From: Alphaproteobacteria bacterium
GTDB taxonomy: Bacteria; Pseudomonadota; Alphaproteobacteria; Micropepsales; Micropepsaceae
Reading direction: 5' to 3'
Assembly: GCA_046348585.1 (NCBI GenBank)
Contig: JAXMDZ010000005.1
Coordinates: 60,244-124,243 of the forward strand
DNA length: 64,000 nucleotides
In this document: positions 57,726 to 64,000 of the stretch, piece after piece
Numbering within the stretch: the first letter of the stretch is position 1
How the letters are laid out: the number at the start of each line of letters is the position of its first letter
Translations under genes and position numbers: made by a program
The notes under the pieces: model-generated
What the model was told of the DNA's origin: nothing
Seen by the model: only the letters and a program-made list of their open reading frames with translations
Database searches by the model: none

Positions 57726-59765
57726 ATGGAATTGAAAGACGTTGCAGCGATGCACATCCCGTCGCAGCCCGCGCCGCCCGCCGCGGCGGGGTTCGGCGAC
57801 GAGTATGGCGAGCCGGCGCGGCGCTACGCCCTGCGCCGTCCGGGCAAGCGCCCCTATCTGGCGGCGGCGGTGGTCAGCGCCTTCTGGCTGGGCGGCGCGG
57901 CGGCGTTCGTGGCGGGCTATCTCGGCCTCGACGGCCTGCTGGCGCTCGACTGGCCGTGGCTCGCCGGGCTCGCCTTCGCGGTCGCCTTCCCGATCGCGCT
58001 GACCTGGTTCGTCGCCCTGCTCGCCCGGCGCTCGCAGGGCCTGCAGCTCGCCAGCGAGGATCTGTTGCAGATCGCGGCCCGGCTGATCGAGCCGGACGCC
58101 GCCGCCGGGCGCGAGATCCAGCGCCTCGGGCGCGCCGTGCGGCGCGAGATCGACGCGCTCAACACCGGCCTCGAAGGGGCGCTGATCCGCGTGCGCACGC
58201 TGGAGAGTTCGATCGCCGAACGCCTCGCCTCGGTGGAGGAGACGGCGCGCGGGCTTGAGGAGCGCGGCGACGCGATCCGCACCGCCTTGCGCGAGGAGCG
58301 CGAAGGCCTCGCCTCGGTCGCCCATACGCTGTCGTCGGAAGCCGAGCGGATGGGCGAGCATCTGCGCACCCGCGCCCAGGCGCTGCGCGAGACCGCAAGG
58401 CTGACGGCGGCCGACGTCGCCGCCGCCCAGGAACAGATCGACGCCCGCGCCGTGGCGCTGCGCAACACGCTGGAGATGGCCTCGTCCACGGCCCATGTGA
58501 ACGCGCAGACCGCCAACCGGGGCGCGGCGGCGCTGATGGCCGCCGCCGAACAGCTCGACGGCCGCCTCGACGGCTTCCTCCAGCGCGGCGAACGCCAGCG
58601 CAGCGCGCTCGCCGAAGCGGTCGCCGCGATGAAGGCCGAGACGCAGGCGCTGGAACTGGCGCTCGGGCGCAATCTCGATGCGCTGAGCGGCATCGGCCAG
58701 TCGCTCGCCGAACAGACGCGCCGCACAGACGCGGTCGCCGCCGAGATCGCGCGGCGCGGCGAGGCGGCAAGCGGGGCGCTGGGGGCGCGGGTCGACTCCA
58801 TCGCCGCCGCCTTCGCCGGACAGGTCGAGCGGCTGGACGGCGCGGCCGGCGCGGCCGAAACGCGCCTGAAGGAAGCCGTCGCGGCGGCGGGCGAAGCGGC
58901 CGAGAAGGCGCGCGCCTCGTTCGACATGGCGGCGCGCGGGGCCTCGGCCGCCTCCGAACAGACCGGCGGCGCGGCGACGGCGGCGATTGAGGCGATCACC
59001 TCGGCCCTGCAGGCGCTGGGCGCGCAGACCGAAGAAGCGCGCAACGCGGCCCGCGAGGCGATCGCCGAACTGAAGGCCGAGGCCGAGGCGCTGCCCGACC
59101 TCATCGCCGAGCGGATCAAGGCGATCAAGGCGGCGGACCTCGCGCTCGCCGCCGCGCCCGAACCCACTCCCCTGCCCGCGCCCGAAGCGCCGCCCGCCCT
59201 CACCGACGGCACGCAGCCGGAAAAGAGCGAACCCGGCAAACCCGAATGGTTCGGCTTCGCGCGCCGTCTCGCCGGCCTCATCCGGCGTGAGCCGGACGTG
59301 CAGGCCAAGGCCGACTGGCGGCTGAGCACCGCGCTCGCCAATGTCGACGAGCGCGGCTTCGCCGGGCCGCGCCGCATGCCCGACAGCCACAAGACCTCCA
59401 TCGACCTGCACCGCGAGGCGCTGCATGTGGTCGAGAAGCTTCAGGCGCTGGCGATCGATCTCGACCGCGCGCTGGGCGACGATCCGGCCCCCGACCTGTG
59501 GCGGCGCTACGTCAACGGCGAGCGCAGCGTCTTCACGCGGCGGCTGGTCGCCATGATCGGCCGCGAGGGCGCCGACCGGATCGCCGAACGCTATGCCGCC
59601 GACACCGATTTCCGCACCCACGCCGACCGCTACATGTCGGAGTTCGAGGGCCTGCTGGACGACGCGGCGGCGCGCGACCGCGATCAGGTGCTGGCCGAGA
59701 CGTTCCTGACCTCGCAGACCGGGCGGCTCTATCTGCTGCTCGCGGCGGCGACCGGACGGCTCTAG
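57726..59765 (+). CDS. TipN/GPR(RgsE)-like polar landmark protein
   Basis: Two N-terminal TM helices, long apolipoprotein-like coiled coil, C-terminal LWRRY..GERSVFTRRL...F...ADRY..EFE.LL...TSQTGRLYLLL. Confidence 0.72.
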   Translation: MELKDVAAMHIPSQPAPPAAAGFGDEYGEPARRYALRRPGKRPYLAAAVVSAFWLGGAAAFVAGYLGLDGLLALDWPWLAGLAFAVAFPIALTWFVALLARRSQGLQLASEDLLQIAARLIEPDAAAGREIQRLGRAVRREIDALNTGLEGALIRVRTLESSIAERLASVEETARGLEERGDAIRTALREEREGLASVAHTLSSEAERMGEHLRTRAQALRETARLTAADVAAAQEQIDARAVALRNTLEMASSTAHVNAQTANRGAAALMAAAEQLDGRLDGFLQRGERQRSALAEAVAAMKAETQALELALGRNLDALSGIGQSLAEQTRRTDAVAAEIARRGEAASGALGARVDSIAAAFAGQVERLDGAAGAAETRLKEAVAAAGEAAEKARASFDMAARGASAASEQTGGAATAAIEAITSALQALGAQTEEARNAAREAIAELKAEAEALPDLIAERIKAIKAADLALAAAPEPTPLPAPEAPPALTDGTQPEKSEPGKPEWFGFARRLAGLIRREPDVQAKADWRLSTALANVDERGFAGPRRMPDSHKTSIDLHREALHVVEKLQALAIDLDRALGDDPAPDLWRRYVNGERSVFTRRLVAMIGREGADRIAERYAADTDFRTHADRYMSEFEGLLDDAAARDRDQVLAETFLTSQTGRLYLLLAAATGRL

Positions 59766-59802
59766 CGCCTATTGCGCGGGGGACGGCTTGCGATCTCCCG
59801 GC

Positions 59803-59883
59803 CCTCATGGCCGGGCTTGACCCGGCCATCCAGCTTCACGATAGCGGCCGCACTGGATGGCCGCCTCAAGGGCGGCCATGAGG
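59803..59883. repeat. REP-like inverted doublet
   Basis: cctcatggccgggcttgacccggccatccag...ctggatggccgcctcaagggcggccatgagg. Confidence 0.82.
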
Positions 59884-59925
59884 CATGAAGAAGCATTCCC
59901 GCATGAACGAGAGCCGCTCCGGCGC

Positions 59926-60558
59926 CTATTCCTCGATGTAGCGGCGGCGGTCGGCCGCGCCTTCGTTCAGCACCCAGGTGACGGTGCGCTTGAGCACCTT
60001 GCCGAGCGCCTCGTCGAAGGCCGCGACGACGTCTGGCACCTGATCGCTCGCCGCCGTGACGTCGGCCGCGGCGGTGGTCGAGGCGACGATCGCGCCGCTC
60101 GACTGGCGCACCAGCTTGAGCACCAGGCGCACCACGACGGAGGTCGATCCGTCCGCGCCCGCGACCGCCTCGAACTCGCGCAGTTCGGAGGTGAGGACAT
60201 AGTCGCCCGTCATCCCGACCGAACGGCGGCCGACGCCGATGATCTTGCCGGAGTTCTCGAAGGATTCGACCAGCAGCGTCTGCACCAGCGCCGGGGCGCG
60301 ATCGGTCCATTTGACGCCGCCGAAATACTGGACGACCAGCGCCGAGGGGCGGACCGCGATGCGGTCGGTGTTGATGGCGTTGGGCGTCGTCGGCTCCTCC
60401 ACCACCAGCTGCCATGCGGCGGCGGGCGCGGCGTCGTCGAAGGTGTTCTTCGGCGAGAGGTCGTAGAGCTGCGGCGGCGCGGAGGAGAGCAGCGAACAGC
60501 CGCCCAGCAGCGAGGCCGCCGCCAGCACGCAGACCGGAAGAAGACGTCGCGCCATCAT
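59926..60558 (-). CDS. ABC-type transport auxiliary lipoprotein (PqiC-like)
   Basis: Lipobox LLGGC; NTDRIAV...WTDRAPALVQTLLVESFENSG...SELREFE. Confidence 0.85.
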   Translation of the reverse strand: MMARRLLPVCVLAAASLLGGCSLLSSAPPQLYDLSPKNTFDDAAPAAAWQLVVEEPTTPNAINTDRIAVRPSALVVQYFGGVKWTDRAPALVQTLLVESFENSGKIIGVGRRSVGMTGDYVLTSELREFEAVAGADGSTSVVVRLVLKLVRQSSGAIVASTTAAADVTAASDQVPDVVAAFDEALGKVLKRTVTWVLNEGAADRRRYIEE

Positions 60559-61466
60559 TTGCCGCCCCTGTATTCGGGAGCGTCCGTGCCGGTCAGGAAG
60601 CCGCCCGGATCGCTTTCGATCTTGCTGAAGACGCGCTCCAGAGTCGCGGTCAGTTCGCGCGCCTCCTGGATGAAGGCGGTCAGCGACGACAGGCCGCCGC
60701 GCGAGAAGTCGCGGAAGGCCGGCCGCACCTCGACCAGCATCCGGTCGAGATCGGCGGCGACTTCGGCGATGCCGCTGCCCGCCGCTTTCAGGCTTTCGAG
60801 CGCCGGGCCGAACTCCTTGCTGGCGTCGGCGACGATGACGTCGACATTGCGGGTGATGGAATCGAGGCGGGTCGAGGCGGCCTCGATCTTCTCCATCACC
60901 GCATCGAGGCGCTGCGAGAACTTGCGCGCGTTCTCCAGCGCCTCGGCGACGGCGGCGCGGTTCTTGTCCGACAGCAGCGCGTTGCCGCGGGCGAGAAGAC
61001 TGGCCGCCGAGGCGACGAGATTGGGCGCGGTTTCGGCCAGCTCCTGGATGCCGGTGAGGCGCGCCGGGATGACCGGCAATTCGTCGTCGGCCGAGGTCAG
61101 GGGCTTGGCCTCCGGCGAGCCGCCCGACAATTGCACCGTGCCGACGCCGGTGAGGATGCCGGACTCGATCGAGGCGACGGTGTCCTCCTTCACCGGGGTG
61201 CCGGCGTTGAGGCGGACCAGAACCTGCACCCGGCGCGGGTCGTTTTGGTCGAGCTTCACGTCCGCCACTTCGCCGACCTTGATGCCCGAATAACGGACCT
61301 CGGAGGCGACGGCGAGGCCGGAGACGCCGCCCTCGAAGATGATGGCGTATTCGTCGAAGCGCCGGTCGAAGCGGAACTGGCCGAGCCAGGTGAGGAACAC
61401 GAAGGCGGCGAGCACGGTCGCCAGCGTGAAGGCGCCGATCAGGACGTGATTGGCCTTGATCTCCAT
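60555..61466 (-). CDS. MlaD/MCE-domain protein
   Basis: N-terminal TM; GVSGLAVASEVRYSGIKVGEV; helical C-terminus. Confidence 0.88.
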   Translation of the reverse strand: MEIKANHVLIGAFTLATVLAAFVFLTWLGQFRFDRRFDEYAIIFEGGVSGLAVASEVRYSGIKVGEVADVKLDQNDPRRVQVLVRLNAGTPVKEDTVASIESGILTGVGTVQLSGGSPEAKPLTSADDELPVIPARLTGIQELAETAPNLVASAASLLARGNALLSDKNRAAVAEALENARKFSQRLDAVMEKIEAASTRLDSITRNVDVIVADASKEFGPALESLKAAGSGIAEVAADLDRMLVEVRPAFRDFSRGGLSSLTAFIQEARELTATLERVFSKIESDPGGFLTGTDAPEYRGGK

Positions 61467-61467
61467 C

Positions 61468-62286
61468 TCAGGCTCCTGCCTTCGCGGCGTGCGGGGCGTT
61501 GCCGCCCCAGGCTCCGGTCGCGGCCCGCGCGCGGGGGCCGTGGAAATATTCGCGGATCCAGGGATGATCCTGCTTGAGCATGTCGTCCATCGTCCCCGTC
61601 ACCAGAACGCGCCTCTCGGCCAGCACCGCAATCCGGTCGCAGATCGCGTGCAGGCTGTCCAGATCGTGCGTCACCATGAACACGGTCAGGCCCATCGTAT
61701 CCTTGAGCTGAAGGATCAGCTGGTCGAAGGCCGACGCGCCGATCGGGTCGAGGCCGGCGGTCGGCTCGTCTAGGAAGACGATCTCGGGGTCGAGCGCCAG
61801 CGCCCGCGCGAGGCCGGCGCGCTTCTTCATGCCGCCCGAAAGCTGCGACGGGAATTTCGCGCCCGCGTCCTGCGGAAGGCCGACAAGGCCGATCTTGACC
61901 GCCGCGAGCTGGTCCATCAGCGCCTGCGGCAGATGGAGATGCTCGCGCATCGGCACCTGCACGTTCTGCGCGACGGTGAGGCCCGAGAACAGCGCGCCTT
62001 CCTGGAACAGCACGCCCCAGCGGGTTTCGACCTCGCGGCGGCGGTCGTCGGGCAGGCTGCGCAGGTCCTGGCCGAACACTTTGACCGATCCCGCCGACGG
62101 CCGGTTGAGGCCGACGATGGAGCGCAGCAGAACCGATTTGCCGGTGCCCGAGCCGCCGACGATGCCGATGACTTCGCCCCGATAGACGTCGAGGTCGAGA
62201 TTTTCGTGCACCACCTGGGAACCGAACTGGTTCTTGAGGCCGCGCACCTCGATCACCACTTCGCGTGTCCCCGCCGTCTCCGCCAT
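61468..62286 (-). CDS. ABC transporter ATP-binding protein (MlaF-like)
   Basis: GGSGTGKS, LSGGMKKR, FLDEPTAGLDP, VTHD. Confidence 0.92.
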   Translation of the reverse strand: MAETAGTREVVIEVRGLKNQFGSQVVHENLDLDVYRGEVIGIVGGSGTGKSVLLRSIVGLNRPSAGSVKVFGQDLRSLPDDRRREVETRWGVLFQEGALFSGLTVAQNVQVPMREHLHLPQALMDQLAAVKIGLVGLPQDAGAKFPSQLSGGMKKRAGLARALALDPEIVFLDEPTAGLDPIGASAFDQLILQLKDTMGLTVFMVTHDLDSLHAICDRIAVLAERRVLVTGTMDDMLKQDHPWIREYFHGPRARAATGAWGGNAPHAAKAGA

Positions 62287-62289
62287 GGG

Positions 62290-63468
62290 TCAGATCCCCA
62301 GATTGACGAAGAGGATGGAGAAGAAGGCGTCGGCGATGATCACGACGAAAATCCCCTCCACCACCGACTGCGTGGTGCGTTCGCCCAGCGATTCGGCGCT
62401 GCCGCTGACCCGCAATCCCTCGAAGCAGCCGATGGCGGCGATCAGGAAGGCGAAAACGGGCGCTTTGATGACGCCGGTCCAGAAGGTCCACAGGCCGATC
62501 GCGCTCTGCAGGCGGTCGATATACATCGACGGCGAGATGTCGAGCGCGATCACCGCGACGAAGCCGCCGCCGACCAGGCCCGCGATGTTGGAGAGAAACC
62601 CGAGCAGCGGCAGGACCAGCACCAGCGCCAGCACGCGCGGCACGATCAGCATCTCCACCGGATCGAGGCCGAGGGCGCGCATCGCGTCGATCTCCTCGCG
62701 CATCTTCATCGAGCCGATCTGAGCGGTGAAGGCGCTGCCCGAACGGCCGGCGACGAGAATGGCGGTGAGCAGGATGCCGATCTCGCGCAGGAACGAGATG
62801 CCGATGAGATCGACGGTGAAGATCGAGGCGCCGAACTTCACCAGCTGCTCGGAGCCCTGATAGGCGAGCACCGCGCCGATCAGGAACGACATCAGCATGA
62901 CGATCGGAACGGCGTCGAGGCCGGTCGCCTCCATGTGATGGACGAGCGAGGTGAAGCGCAGCCGCGCCGGGCGGAGCGCGGTGCGCACCATGGTGAGGAT
63001 GACGAGGCCCATGAAGCCGGTCGCGTCGCGGGCCCCGTGCCAGATATGCTCCATGCTGGCGCCGGTGCGCTCCAGCATGCCGATGAGGGCGCTCGCCTCG
63101 GGCTTTTCCTTGACCGGCCGGGGTTCGGCCTTCTGGATCGCCTCGATCAGCGACATCGCCTCCGGCGTCGCCCCGGCGATGGTCACCGTGCCGCCGCCCT
63201 CCAGCACCGCGTCGCGGGTGCGCTCCAGCAGCCAGGCCCCGGCGGTATCGAATTTGCCGACGCCCGAGAGGTCGATGGCGAGCGCGCCCCCGGCGGGGAG
63301 CTTCAGCGCCGCCAGGTCGCGGTCGAGGCCGACCGACTGGCGCACCACCCAGTCGCCCCCCGCGACCAGCGTCGCGCCGCCGTCGCGCCGTTCGAGGCGC
63401 AACGTCGCGGCGTTCAGAGCGACGGCCGTGGACGGCACGGTCCGCTGGCTTTTAGGGGGGGTGCTCAT
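62290..63468 (-). CDS. MlaE-family permease with N-terminal STAS-like domain
   Basis: DLSGVGKFDTAGAW; REIGILLTAILVAGRSGSAFTAQIGSMK..EEIDA. Confidence 0.9.
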   Translation of the reverse strand: MSTPPKSQRTVPSTAVALNAATLRLERRDGGATLVAGGDWVVRQSVGLDRDLAALKLPAGGALAIDLSGVGKFDTAGAWLLERTRDAVLEGGGTVTIAGATPEAMSLIEAIQKAEPRPVKEKPEASALIGMLERTGASMEHIWHGARDATGFMGLVILTMVRTALRPARLRFTSLVHHMEATGLDAVPIVMLMSFLIGAVLAYQGSEQLVKFGASIFTVDLIGISFLREIGILLTAILVAGRSGSAFTAQIGSMKMREEIDAMRALGLDPVEMLIVPRVLALVLVLPLLGFLSNIAGLVGGGFVAVIALDISPSMYIDRLQSAIGLWTFWTGVIKAPVFAFLIAAIGCFEGLRVSGSAESLGERTTQSVVEGIFVVIIADAFFSILFVNLGI

Positions 63469-63575
63469 CTGATCCGCAAAAGACAGTTTGCCTCCGGCAG
63501 CGTCAACCCTGCGGCAGTCACGTCGGCGGGACCATCGACACGAATCGGCCGCATATCTAGGTTCGTGTCCGCACC

Positions 63576-64000
63576 ATGAAAGTCCTCGCCGCCCTTGTCA
63601 TCGCCCTGGCGCTCGCCGGGCCGGGTTTCGCCGCCGCCGAGCCCGACGAAGCGCCGGTCGAAGCGGGCAGCGCCGCCGACGCCTACGACGCCTTTCTCAG
63701 CGGCCGCTACGAGGAGGCGATCGCCATGTGGCTGCCGCTGGCCAATGGCGGCGACGTTTCGGCGCAGTTCAACCTGGGCGTGATGTACGCCAACGGCCTC
63801 GGCGTCGACCGCGACATGAAGTCGGCGATGGACTGGTGGCGACGGGCGGCGAGCCAGCTCCATGTGCGGGCCGCCCACAATCTGGCGCTGGCGATCCTGG
63901 CGGGCGAGCCGAAAGTCGACGGCGTGCCGGCCGATCCCGACTACGGCGCGGCGCTGCGCTATCTGAAGATCGGCGCGGACGCCGGTTATCCCAATTCGGA
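63576..64000 (+). CDS. Sel1-repeat secreted protein (partial, runs off window; absent from ORF track)
   Basis: Hand translation MKVLAALVIALALAG...LANGGDVSAQFNLGVMYANGLGVDRDMKSAMDWWRRAA...AAHNLA. Confidence 0.88.
   Translation, partial: MKVLAALVIALALAGPGFAAAEPDEAPVEAGSAADAYDAFLSGRYEEAIAMWLPLANGGDVSAQFNLGVMYANGLGVDRDMKSAMDWWRRAASQLHVRAAHNLALAILAGEPKVDGVPADPDYGAALRYLKIGADAGYPNS

Overview
GC-rich (~70% by eye) alphaproteobacterial chromosomal segment, mostly core genes. Contents in order: 3' part of ppdK; two SleB-type cell wall hydrolases flanking an SDR; a frameshifted nitronate-monooxygenase/FabK-like gene; a class II (Pseudomonas-type) phaC-phaZ pair; PBP1A-amiC / rne-M48-dsbA; thiSG; aroQ-accBC-aat; B12-dependent nrdJ; a queC-queE-[toxin-antitoxin]-queD-queF locus; FabH; an HD-hydrolase/phosphatase/NadQ-like operon ahead of nadABC; MFS, tesB, chorismate mutase; btaAB betaine-lipid genes; Hpt plus TipN/GPR-like polar protein; and an Mla/Pqi-like ABC system. 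The accessory material is concentrated just downstream of nrdJ: a low-GC solitary DUF5677-like gene, then a DUF559 endonuclease gene bracketed by inward-facing palindromic repeats (candidate REP-associated mobile unit). Other notable items are a self-contained TA cassette inside the preQ0/preQ1 operon, a secreted three-repeat protein, and a small CxxxGCPP protein coupled to an MFS transporter. No CRISPR, rRNA, tRNA, integrase or transposase was recognised. All family assignments come from recalled motifs, not database searches. Start codons were chosen by hand.
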